A stretch of DNA of 64,000 nt. Source: Halobacteria archaeon. GTDB taxonomy: Archaea; Methanobacteriota_B; Thermococci; Methanofastidiosales; NM3. Under the pieces are notes generated by a model. That model ran no database searches, was not told where the DNA came from, and saw only the letters and a program-made list of their open reading frames with translations. The position numbers and the translations under genes are program-made. The stretch's first letter is position 1. Each line of letters starts with the position of its first letter. This document shows, piece after piece, positions 36,755 through 45,857 of the stretch. The DNA lies in NCBI GenBank assembly GCA_036733165.1, contig DAINBB010000002.1, positions 8,223-72,222 of the forward strand. Direction: 5' to 3'.

Positions 36755-39008
36755 GATAAAGAGAATGGCATCCGTCTTTCTAACAAAGACGGCCCTCATG
36801 GCTGGCCTTATCATTATGGTCAGCATGCCCATTCTTAGCTTGCTAAACATAGTGGAAACGGCCGTCTACTCGATAAACGTCCTAGTGCCGGCATATGTGG
36901 GGTTCGTCATTGTATTGGTCGCCGTCACCAAAATCTTCAGAAAGAGACGTTCTTTTTTCCAGATGTCTTTCCTTGGGGCGTCCGTGCTCGCTGTTCTCGC
37001 CGCCGTTGATATGGTCTACGATCCAGCCTTAACTGAACTTAGTGCGGTCAGGGGCACCATATTCTTCCTGTTAATAGTTGCCTTCGTCTCGTTCCTCATC
37101 CTTATAGCGTTTAAATCGTTGTCCAACAAAAGACGGGTATACCAGTCCTTCTCATTGGTATTGTTTAATCTCGGCGCATTTGGGATAGTTGTCAAGCACC
37201 TGGTTGCTCCCGGGCTCAACTGCTATGCTTGCCCTTGGGCAAGCGCTGGATGCCCAATAGGCCTATTACAGAACTGGATCATTATGGGAGAAGTACCGTA
37301 TTATCTGATCGGGAGTTCGATGGCCGTGTTCACTCTCTTTGGGAGGGCGTTCTGCGGTTGGGCCTGCCCCTTTGGTTTCCTACACGATATCATGGACACG
37401 ATTACCTCAATAAGATTCGGTAGAAAAGATATCAATAAGTTGCTGAGGGTAAAGAGCAACGACCCTTGGAAAGACAGGGCGGGTGTCCTGAGCTACCTCA
37501 CAAGGTCCATCGTGCTGATTGTGCTGATTGTGGCCGCCTGGAATTATTCGGCAACGTGGTTTTGCAAGCTATGCCCCGCAGGATTTATAGAGGCCGCCCT
37601 GCCATACAGGCTGAGCCATACCGTGACACCAGATCCGCTTTATGTCTTCAGGGTCGTGATATTCTTCTCCCTCATGATGATAACGCTGATAATATCGAGA
37701 TTTTGGTGTAGATATTTCTGCCCATTGGGGCACCTGGCAGGCCACTTCAACAGGGTTTCCATGTTAAGGTTAGAGCTGGATGAGGAAAAATGCAACAATT
37801 GCGGGCTTTGCGGAAAGGCATGCCCCATGGACTTGAAGCCAGATTTCTTCCTGAAAAAGGAAAGGGAACCCGACAGTGACGTGTTCACAAAGGTCAAGAA
37901 CATGATCAAGAAAGAACGCTCGAACTGCATCCTTTGCGGCGAATGCGTAGAGAAGTGCCATCATGATGCCCTGAAACTCACTTTCCTGCCCTCTGCTGCC
38001 ACCGGAAGCATAAAGATGGCACAGAACATAAGGGACAAGTTCCTAGGTGAGATAGAGAGCTCTGGCAACAAGCTCATCAAGAACGTTCAGAGCGAACTCG
38101 GGCCGAAACCGGAAAGGGCATCGCCCCTGTCGGACGATGATGGTGAAGCTCAGAGGTGGGAGAAGGGCATGGGGCGAACCCCCTACCCAAGAAGGACTGT
38201 TCAGAAACCTGGGAGCGGTGCCTATAACTGGCCTTTCCCCGTGTCCATCTATGTTATATATAAGTCCGTGACCGAGATCCCTAAGATGGTCGATCATCTG
38301 AAATCGAGTCCAGGGTATTCTGTCAGGTTCATGGGGATCTTTGAAGATGACAGATATTACAAATTCTATAATTCTGTGTACAATGGGTTCATCGAAACGC
38401 CGATCATATACGTCAACGGGCAGCTATATCTCGGTAATCTAGAAGACAGCAACGAGCTGTTGCAATTCGTTGAAGATGTCCAGGACACCTACAAGGATAT
38501 ATACATCTATTGTAATTCCGATAATTGCATGGAAGGACCAAATAGCAATCTCCTGAGAAACGCTATCGGGGACATGTTGCTAACACGGGGCGAACAATAT
38601 CCATTGACCTTGTTCAGGACCGAGTCGCCGGGGGCTCTGATATCCGCATGCCTCCCCGGGACGCTATATGCCTTATATGGGAAGAGTTCCCATTCAAGCA
38701 AAAAACTCTCAGATTATATCAGATACAAGGTCAGCGAACATGACGAGAAAGAGCTTGATTCTTTCGCGAACATACCGATGACCAGAATAGAGCTCTACAT
38801 GAAAAAGGACGACGATCTCTCCAACGAACTTTTGAACATCGTGGCGAAGGCTTCCTACCATTCAGGCGGGAAATTGAGATTCAGGATCACAGAATGGGAC
38901 AATAGCATTCCATCAATGGTCATCAACGGCAACGAACTTCCAAAACGATACTATCCTACATCATACAATACCCTATTGATGATGATACGAAAATATGGTA
39001 GAATGTGA
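36741..39008 (+). CDS. NapH/MauN-like polytopic ferredoxin membrane protein fused to about three C-terminal thioredoxin/glutaredoxin-like domains
   Basis: TM region carrying CYACPWASAGCP, FCGWACPFG, FCKLCPAGF and WCRYFCPLG motifs. A 2x[4Fe-4S] domain follows (CNNCGLCGKACP...CILCGECVEKC). Then Trx-like segments (IYIYCNSDNC..., PIIYVNGQLYLG, MVINGNELP). Confidence 0.55.
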   Translation: MERRRIKRMASVFLTKTALMAGLIIMVSMPILSLLNIVETAVYSINVLVPAYVGFVIVLVAVTKIFRKRRSFFQMSFLGASVLAVLAAVDMVYDPALTELSAVRGTIFFLLIVAFVSFLILIAFKSLSNKRRVYQSFSLVLFNLGAFGIVVKHLVAPGLNCYACPWASAGCPIGLLQNWIIMGEVPYYLIGSSMAVFTLFGRAFCGWACPFGFLHDIMDTITSIRFGRKDINKLLRVKSNDPWKDRAGVLSYLTRSIVLIVLIVAAWNYSATWFCKLCPAGFIEAALPYRLSHTVTPDPLYVFRVVIFFSLMMITLIISRFWCRYFCPLGHLAGHFNRVSMLRLELDEEKCNNCGLCGKACPMDLKPDFFLKKEREPDSDVFTKVKNMIKKERSNCILCGECVEKCHHDALKLTFLPSAATGSIKMAQNIRDKFLGEIESSGNKLIKNVQSELGPKPERASPLSDDDGEAQRWEKGMGRTPYPRRTVQKPGSGAYNWPFPVSIYVIYKSVTEIPKMVDHLKSSPGYSVRFMGIFEDDRYYKFYNSVYNGFIETPIIYVNGQLYLGNLEDSNELLQFVEDVQDTYKDIYIYCNSDNCMEGPNSNLLRNAIGDMLLTRGEQYPLTLFRTESPGALISACLPGTLYALYGKSSHSSKKLSDYIRYKVSEHDEKELDSFANIPMTRIELYMKKDDDLSNELLNIVAKASYHSGGKLRFRITEWDNSIPSMVINGNELPKRYYPTSYNTLLMMIRKYGRM

Positions 39009-40408
39009 CCGATATTGGACAATATGTCAAAAATGACAATGTTTATAAATTTAGTAAGATATTGTTCAATGGCGATAAAACCATGAAAAGGACCAAAGTC
39101 ATAATCCTTGGGGCCGCGGGTAGGGACTTCCATAACTTCAATGTTTTCTTTAGGGATAATCCATCCTATGAGGTGGTGGCCTTCACGGCGGCACAGATCC
39201 CGGACATAGAGAAAAGATATTATCCAAAGGAGCTCTCGGGCGAGTTATACCCTAATGGAATACCCATACATCCGGAAGATGATCTTGAGGAGTTGGTTAG
39301 CAGATACGGGGCCGAAGAGGTGATAATGGCATATTCCGATCTTCCTCATGAGAAGGTGATGCAGCTTGGCTCCAGGGCCCTGGCCGCGGGTGCAGACTAC
39401 AGGCTGATGGGACCGGGGTCCACGATGTTGAGGTCCAAGAAACCCATAATCTCGGTATGTGCCGCCAGAACCGGCAGCGGGAAGAGCCAAGTGTCCAGGA
39501 AACTGGCGTCCATCCTCAAGAGGATGGGACTCAAGGTGGTTGTCATCAGGCATCCGATGCCATATGGTGTTCTGAGAAAGCAGGCGTGCCAGAGATTCGA
39601 GACATATGCCGATCTCGAAAAAAACGAATGCACGATAGAGGAGAGGGAGGAATATGAACCCCATATAGACATGGGCACGATCGTCTATGCGGGAGTTGAC
39701 TATGGACTAATTTTGGCAGAGGCCGAGAAAGAGGCAGACGTGATAATATGGGACGGAGGGAACAACGATTTTTCATTTTATCGCTCTGACCTGTACATTG
39801 TTGTGGTCGACCCCCTGCGCTCTGGGAACGAACTGACATACTATCCCGGGGAGACGAATGTCAGGATGGCAGACCTATGCATCGTGAACAAGGTGGACAC
39901 CGCCTCCGGCGATGAGGTGCTGAGGGTGATCAACAACATCTACAACCTCAACCCCCGGGCAAGGATAATCGAGGCCGCATCCCCGATATCCGTGGACGAC
40001 CCGTCCCTGATCAAGGGAAAGAGGGTGTTGGTGGTGGAGGACGGACCTACGATCACGCACGGCGGCATGAAGTACGGAGCAGGTTACATCGTGGCGAGGA
40101 AGTACGGCGCCAAGGAGATAGTTGACCCAAGACCTTATCTGGTGGGGTCGTTGGAGCGGACGTTTAAGAAGTACCCCCATATAGAGAACGTCCTGCCTGC
40201 CATGGGATACAGCGAAGAACAGGTAAGGGACCTGCAGGAGACCATCCGCAACGTGAAATGCGACACCGTCGTCGCAGGGACCCCCATAGACTTGGATAGG
40301 ATAATGGAAATAGGGAAACCCCATGTGAGGGCGCATTACAGGCTCGATGAGATCGGCGACCTGAATCTGGAAGATGTCGTGCGGGAACTATTCAAAAACA
40401 AGGGATAG
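39005..40408 (+). CDS. P-loop protein resembling cyclic 2,3-diphosphoglycerate synthetase (tentative)
   Basis: N-terminal Rossmann-like GAAGRDFHNF, then a Walker A (ARTGSGKS). About 460 aa. GTG start overlaps the upstream stop; an alternative ATG is at 39083. Confidence 0.4.
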   Translation: MTDIGQYVKNDNVYKFSKILFNGDKTMKRTKVIILGAAGRDFHNFNVFFRDNPSYEVVAFTAAQIPDIEKRYYPKELSGELYPNGIPIHPEDDLEELVSRYGAEEVIMAYSDLPHEKVMQLGSRALAAGADYRLMGPGSTMLRSKKPIISVCAARTGSGKSQVSRKLASILKRMGLKVVVIRHPMPYGVLRKQACQRFETYADLEKNECTIEEREEYEPHIDMGTIVYAGVDYGLILAEAEKEADVIIWDGGNNDFSFYRSDLYIVVVDPLRSGNELTYYPGETNVRMADLCIVNKVDTASGDEVLRVINNIYNLNPRARIIEAASPISVDDPSLIKGKRVLVVEDGPTITHGGMKYGAGYIVARKYGAKEIVDPRPYLVGSLERTFKKYPHIENVLPAMGYSEEQVRDLQETIRNVKCDTVVAGTPIDLDRIMEIGKPHVRAHYRLDEIGDLNLEDVVRELFKNKG

Positions 40409-40416
40409 GGGATTGT

Positions 40417-40845
40417 TCATCCCCCTTGTACATTTTCCTGTTGATCGGATATCTTCAGCGGTAGCGGGCTCGGAAGACCAAGTTCCCTTGCCATGGTCAT
40501 CGTTATCAGCATGCTTCGCTGTGTCATCTGGGTCAATATCTCTGTGGAAATTTCCTTCGGGAGATTGTTGCTCTTCCATGAGGCCAGTATGTTCTTCCTG
40601 ACATCCTCGTTTGCCTGATACAGGACAGTCCCATCGACCCTTATGTTACCAAGTGCGGGATCGTAATTAGTGTAGTATTCGAAAGAGAACTCGACTACCT
40701 TTACCTTGCCCGTGCCGCTGGTCATCTGACTCTCTGATACGGAGAGAATCCTTGGGGACGACCCTATCCTTACAGGCCCGTCAATCTTAGCGTTTTCATT
40801 TCTGGACCCTTCGATCTTGTTTACCTTAATACCTATAATAGCCAT
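40417..40845 (-). CDS. hypothetical protein
   Basis: About 142 aa from MAIIGIKV. Family unknown. Confidence 0.35.
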   Translation of the reverse strand: MAIIGIKVNKIEGSRNENAKIDGPVRIGSSPRILSVSESQMTSGTGKVKVVEFSFEYYTNYDPALGNIRVDGTVLYQANEDVRKNILASWKSNNLPKEISTEILTQMTQRSMLITMTMARELGLPSPLPLKISDQQENVQGG

Positions 40846-40918
40846 TATTTCACCTATTCGTTGTAAATTTCTCAAAACTATTTAAATATAGCGGTATATA
40901 AAAAATAATGCCTATTTC

Positions 40919-40947
40919 CGTTCCCGGCCAACATAAAACCGGGGAAC
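40919..40947. promoter_or_regulatory. imperfect hairpin / inverted repeat (CGTTCCCGG-N11-CCGGGGAAC) in the divergent promoter region upstream of the histidine-kinase gene
   Basis: Read directly. TATA-like TATTTAAATATA and TATATAAAAAATA elements lie at 40879-40908. Confidence 0.35.
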
Positions 40948-41017
40948 ATCCGACAAATAGGAGGGTGAACTTCCCTTTTTGGAGTATAATTATAAACTTT
41001 CAATTTATATAGGAATT

Positions 41018-44000
41018 ATGTCCAGTGACGACGATGGCCCCGACCCGCTTACCATACTCTACGTAGATGACGAAGAGGAATTCCGGGAACTCACAAAACG
41101 ATATCTCGAGCGCAAGGGCGATGTCATCGTGCACACGGCCGCATCTGCCGCCGAGGCGTTGAACATGCTTCGAAAACGTTCATATGACGCGATCGTGTCC
41201 GACTATCAGATGCCAAGGATCGACGGTGTGGAATTTCTTAAAAAGCTCCGCTCCTCCGGAGACAACAGCCCGTTCATCCTATTTACCGGCAAGGGCAGGG
41301 AAGATGTGGCGGTAGAGGCCTTTGAGAGTGGTGCCGACCACTATCTGCAAAAGGGGGGAGACCCGCGACCGCAATATGCGGAACTCCTGCACAAGGTGCA
41401 CCAGACCGTGAGATTGAACAAGGCGAAGCATGCGCTTTGGGAAAGCGAGAAGCGCTATCGAAGATTGTTTCAAGAAACCCCCCTGGGCATAATCAACTAT
41501 GACACCCATGGCACCATACTCGATTGCAACAAGAGATTTGTGGAAATAGTTGGTTCTTCAAAAAAGGAACTGTTGGGCCTCAACATGATAAACGACCTTG
41601 TTAACAAGGACGTGATAGAAGAGATCAAGAAATCCCTGAAGTCTGGAAAGGGGTATTACGAAGGTTTGTATACCTCCATGACGGCAGGCAAGACCACGTC
41701 ATTAAGGGCGATTTTCAAAGGCATAAAAGATACCAACGGAAGGATATATGCAGGATTGGCGCTTATAGAGGATATCACAGAAAGGTCAAAGATAGAGAAG
41801 GACCTGCGGGAGAGCGAAAGGAAGTACCGTACCATAATCGAAAAGACCCCAGTGGGCCTTCTTAAATTCAAAATGTCCCCGGAAGGCATTTTTTATCCCG
41901 CCTTCATCAGTAACAATATCGCCTCCTTCACCGGCGTTTCCACAAGTGAGGCATATGAGGATATCAACAATCTGATAGAGCATATACACCCTGATCACCG
42001 TGATATGATCTACAACAAGATGAAACATGCAGAGCATAACATAGGATATGACGAGTTCACCATCGCATGCAATGCAAAGGATGGCCTGAGGTGGCTCGAT
42101 GTGCGTGTTACCCCATCAAGGGAGGAAGACGGGACCCTTGTCTGGGACGTGGTCTTCATGGACATCACGGAACGGAAGAACGCCGAGGAAAAGTTATCAT
42201 CACTGGCCACAGAATACGAGACCGTGTTCACAGGCACCCAAGATTCGATGTTCCTGGTGGAGGTTGTCAGTGATGGGTTCAGGTATATAAGGACGAATAA
42301 GTCGCACCAGGAAAGCACGGGGTTTACTCTCGATGACATTATGGGAAAGACCCCACAGGAGCTCTTGGGCAAGCGCATGGGCGATGTCATCGCGTCCAAC
42401 TATCGGCGCAGCATAGACACCAAGGGTCCAGTGACCTATAAGGAAACGCTTGATCTGCCAGCCGGGAAGAAGATATGGAGAACAACGTTGACGCCTGTGT
42501 TCGAGAATGGAAGAGCCAGATATATAGTGGGCTCAAGCCAGGATGTCACAGAACACGAGAATGCGCTGGAGGCCCTTGCACAGACGGCCGATAGGCAACA
42601 GGTGCTGCTTGACAACATCGACATGCAGGTCTGGTACATGACCGATGAACATACATATGGTATGGTGAACGAGGCGCATGCGGCCTTCTGCTGTATGCGT
42701 AAAGAGGACCTGGCATATAAGGATATACGCGAGGTCTGTCCGAAGGACATATCAGGGTTCTTTCAACAATCCATTGAAAAGGTGTTCTCAACCGGCATAA
42801 GGGAGAGGGGGGAGGTCTGGGTGACAAACAAATCTGGAGAGAAACGTCTCCTGCTGATGACCAAATCGCCCAAGGCCAACGCCAACAGTTCGGTGAAATA
42901 TGTGATCTGTACTGCGGAAGACATAACTGAGTACAGAGAGGCGGAAGAGAACGCCAAGGCCAGCGAGATGAAGTACAGGTCGCTTGTCGAGAATCTCAAC
43001 GATGTCGTTTACATCCTCAATGAAAAAGCGGAAGTGGCCTATATCTCGCCCAACATAGAGGCGATAGGCGGATACCCGGTGTCAGAGATCCTGAACAAGA
43101 GCTTCATCAATTTCGTCCATCCCGAAGACAGGATCAATAGGACAGAACAATTTCTGAAGGTCCTCTCTGGTGTCAATGAACCTACCGAATACAGGTTTTT
43201 GAAAAAGGATGGCAGTATCGTTTGGGTGAGGACTACCGCCCGACCGATCGTCAAGGGGGGCCGTGTGGTCGGGGTACAGGGAGTGATAATAGATATCACA
43301 GAAAGAAAGTATGCTGAACAGGCACTGAGGGAAAACGAAATCAAGTATCGTACCCTTTTCGAGGATTCCAGAGATGCAATATGGTTCACATCGTCCGAGA
43401 ACCGTGTCATGGAAGCAAATTCTGCGGCCTTCAAGCTTCTTGGTTACCCCAGGAAGGAGTTCATCGGGATAGATGCCAAACGCCTGTATGCCGAACCTTC
43501 TGACCGGGAGAAGTTCCTCGAGCGCATCCTCGAGAACGGTTTCGTGAAGGACTATGAGGTAAGGCTCCGACACAAGGACGGGAGCGTTGTCCTCTGCGCA
43601 TTCACGTCGCACGTTTGGAGAAACGAACAAGGCGACATACTTGGTTACCGTGGCATCGTCAGGAACATCACGGAGAGCAGGCGCGCAGAAGAGGCGCTGA
43701 GGGAGAGCGAGGAGAAATATCGCCTTATCACTGAGAACACTGCCGACAACATAAGCTTGCTGGACTTTTCACTAAGTGTCGTGTATACCAGTCCCTCGAT
43801 AGAGAAGATACGCGGCTATTCAGTTGATGAGTCTGTGGGACAGACGATAGACGACATAATGACACCAAGATCCAGAGAGGATGTCCTGGCCCTTTTCTCT
43901 GAACAGATGATGCTAGAGTCGTCCGGCACTGCCGATCCAAATCGTTCCTTCACCATCGAGGTGGAGGAATATCACAAGAACGGCTCTATCGTGGATGTGG

Positions 44001-44752
44001 AGATCACCCTCTCTTTCATGCGTGACGCGGATGGCAGGCCGACCGGCATAATCGCCGTGTCCCGAGACATAACCGAGCGCAAGCGCGCCGAGAGGGCATT
44101 GAATCACGCCAATAAGAAACTCGCCATACTTTCAGGCATCACCAGGCATGACGTGAACAACAGGCTTACGGCGCTCATGGGGTACCTGGAGCTCTCGCTG
44201 TGCACGGTGTCCGATGGGGCGCTACGCAAATACCTAGAAAGGGTGAAGAACGAGGCGCTGACCATACGCGAACAAATAGCGTTTACCAAGAAATACGAGG
44301 AAATAGGGGGAATGGATCCCAACTGGCAGGACATCTCCGGGCTCTTCACATCGCTCCCGCTCCCGGAAGGAACCGAGAAACCGAGATCCTGCAAAGGTAT
44401 CCTAGTCTATGCAGACCCCATGCTGAAGCAGGTCTTCATCACCCTCCTTGACAACTCCCTCCGTCATGGCCAGACCGTGACCAAGATAACCCTCAGGTGC
44501 GGGGAAACGGATGCCGGCCTTTTGGTATATTGGGAAGACAACGGCATAGGCATCCCCGAAAGCGATAAGGAACGTATCTTCGAGCGGGGATATGGGACCA
44601 ATACGGGGCTCGGCCTTTTCCTCGCCAAGGAGATACTCGAGATCACTGGCATCTCGTTCAGGGAGACCGGGATTCCCGGGAAGGGCGCCAGATTCGAATT
44701 CCTGGTGCCCAAGGGCCAATATCGCATGGTTGATAATGCCCCTGGTCGATGA
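41018..44752 (+). CDS. hybrid sensor: N-terminal response-regulator receiver, about 8 PAS/PAC domains, HisKA-like dimerisation domain, HATPase_c
   Basis: REC motifs (ILYVDDEEE...DAIVSDYQMPRIDG...K). Repeated ..DITERK..E..LRESE.KYR PAC endings, seven by my count. H-box ITRHDVNNRLTALMGYLEL. G-box EDNGIGIPE....GTNTGLGLF. Confidence 0.75.
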   Translation: MSSDDDGPDPLTILYVDDEEEFRELTKRYLERKGDVIVHTAASAAEALNMLRKRSYDAIVSDYQMPRIDGVEFLKKLRSSGDNSPFILFTGKGREDVAVEAFESGADHYLQKGGDPRPQYAELLHKVHQTVRLNKAKHALWESEKRYRRLFQETPLGIINYDTHGTILDCNKRFVEIVGSSKKELLGLNMINDLVNKDVIEEIKKSLKSGKGYYEGLYTSMTAGKTTSLRAIFKGIKDTNGRIYAGLALIEDITERSKIEKDLRESERKYRTIIEKTPVGLLKFKMSPEGIFYPAFISNNIASFTGVSTSEAYEDINNLIEHIHPDHRDMIYNKMKHAEHNIGYDEFTIACNAKDGLRWLDVRVTPSREEDGTLVWDVVFMDITERKNAEEKLSSLATEYETVFTGTQDSMFLVEVVSDGFRYIRTNKSHQESTGFTLDDIMGKTPQELLGKRMGDVIASNYRRSIDTKGPVTYKETLDLPAGKKIWRTTLTPVFENGRARYIVGSSQDVTEHENALEALAQTADRQQVLLDNIDMQVWYMTDEHTYGMVNEAHAAFCCMRKEDLAYKDIREVCPKDISGFFQQSIEKVFSTGIRERGEVWVTNKSGEKRLLLMTKSPKANANSSVKYVICTAEDITEYREAEENAKASEMKYRSLVENLNDVVYILNEKAEVAYISPNIEAIGGYPVSEILNKSFINFVHPEDRINRTEQFLKVLSGVNEPTEYRFLKKDGSIVWVRTTARPIVKGGRVVGVQGVIIDITERKYAEQALRENEIKYRTLFEDSRDAIWFTSSENRVMEANSAAFKLLGYPRKEFIGIDAKRLYAEPSDREKFLERILENGFVKDYEVRLRHKDGSVVLCAFTSHVWRNEQGDILGYRGIVRNITESRRAEEALRESEEKYRLITENTADNISLLDFSLSVVYTSPSIEKIRGYSVDESVGQTIDDIMTPRSREDVLALFSEQMMLESSGTADPNRSFTIEVEEYHKNGSIVDVEITLSFMRDADGRPTGIIAVSRDITERKRAERALNHANKKLAILSGITRHDVNNRLTALMGYLELSLCTVSDGALRKYLERVKNEALTIREQIAFTKKYEEIGGMDPNWQDISGLFTSLPLPEGTEKPRSCKGILVYADPMLKQVFITLLDNSLRHGQTVTKITLRCGETDAGLLVYWEDNGIGIPESDKERIFERGYGTNTGLGLFLAKEILEITGISFRETGIPGKGARFEFLVPKGQYRMVDNAPGR

Positions 44753-44846
44753 CATCCACCATTTTCATCAGACTTGTGTTGCACGGCGGTGTCAAACGCG
44801 AAGCGCGACGATAAAACTTATCTACATCTTGGGACATCTTTTCCAC

Positions 44847-45857
44847 ATGTACAATTCCTTGTCTCGATTGGTCTCTGCCTTCGGTGTCGCCGGGCACGAG
44901 GAGGATGTTAGAAAGGTCATACTGGACGAAGGGTCTTTTTCCGATTACCGCGTGGACAAGATAGGAAATCTAATATGTAGGAATACCTATGATGACTCCG
45001 CCCCCTCAGTTCTTCTCGACGCCCATATGGATGAGGTGGGGTTCATTGTCAGGTACATCGATGATGCGGGTATGATCTATGTGAATGCCGTTGGGGGAAT
45101 AGATTCCCGCGCGCTGATAGGAAAAGAACTTCTGATCAGAGGCGAGGAGGACCTCGTTGGCATCGTCGCCAACATTCCGCCCCATATGTCAAAGGACAAC
45201 AAGGTGCCTGGAGTCTCCGAGCTACAGGTCGATACAGGACTGACCAAGGAGGAGTTGCAGGACATTGTGAGGATCGGCACCCCTATCGGATATGTGCCGC
45301 ACATGGAGCGGCTGGGCGGAACGGCGGTGTCAGGGAAGGCTTTTGACAATAGGGTGGGCTGCCTGGCCCTATGCGAACTCTCCAAGAGACTAGGGGACAA
45401 ACGCAATGTGACATACCTTTTCTCAACACAGGAAGAGGTGGGGACAAGGGGAGCCACGGTGGCCCTTAAGGATATCTCCCCGGACATCGCCATATGCGTC
45501 GACGCCACCCAGGGGGACATGCACTTCATAGACTCGCCTATTACAAGGAGCCTTGGGAGCGGGGCTATAATCGGGACCGGACCTAACATAGATCCCGGGG
45601 TCTTCAGATGGTTGGTGAATTCTGCAAGATCGTCAGGAGTCCCATACACCACCAAGGCGTACCCTGCCCCTACGCCCACCAATTTAAGAAGCATGCAGCT
45701 ATTGGCGGGAGGGGTGGTCTCCGGCCTCGTGGCGATCCCTTGCAGATATATGCATAGTCCTAGTGAAGTCGTTGATGTCAATGACATCATTTCTGTCATT
45801 TCCCTTCTGGAACGTTTTATCGATGATGTCGATGATGTCATCAGGGGGGATTTTTGA
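44847..45857 (+). CDS. M42-family (TET/FrvX-like) aminopeptidase, paralogue 1
   Basis: FGVAGHEEDVRK start, metal-binding HMDEVGF and GKAFDNRVG motifs. Start chosen downstream of the kinase stop. Confidence 0.7.
   Translation: MYNSLSRLVSAFGVAGHEEDVRKVILDEGSFSDYRVDKIGNLICRNTYDDSAPSVLLDAHMDEVGFIVRYIDDAGMIYVNAVGGIDSRALIGKELLIRGEEDLVGIVANIPPHMSKDNKVPGVSELQVDTGLTKEELQDIVRIGTPIGYVPHMERLGGTAVSGKAFDNRVGCLALCELSKRLGDKRNVTYLFSTQEEVGTRGATVALKDISPDIAICVDATQGDMHFIDSPITRSLGSGAIIGTGPNIDPGVFRWLVNSARSSGVPYTTKAYPAPTPTNLRSMQLLAGGVVSGLVAIPCRYMHSPSEVVDVNDIISVISLLERFIDDVDDVIRGDF

Noticed and set aside
40417-40875. C-terminal Gly-Gly on the 40417-40845 hypothetical protein, as a second ubiquitin-like modifier
   Set aside because: The protein is ~142 aa with no obvious beta-grasp pattern. 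The -GG ending alone is insufficient evidence.
41279-44755. Many 60-180 aa ORFs on the minus strand across the histidine-kinase gene
   Set aside because: All are embedded antisense in a single, continuous, motif-rich 3.7 kb sense ORF.
44592-44846. Long N-terminal extension of the first M42 peptidase ORF overlapping the histidine-kinase 3' end
   Set aside because: The extension is Arg/Ser/Pro-rich and not protein-like, and it overlaps the kinase ATPase domain coding region. The peptidase homology begins at the Met at 44847.
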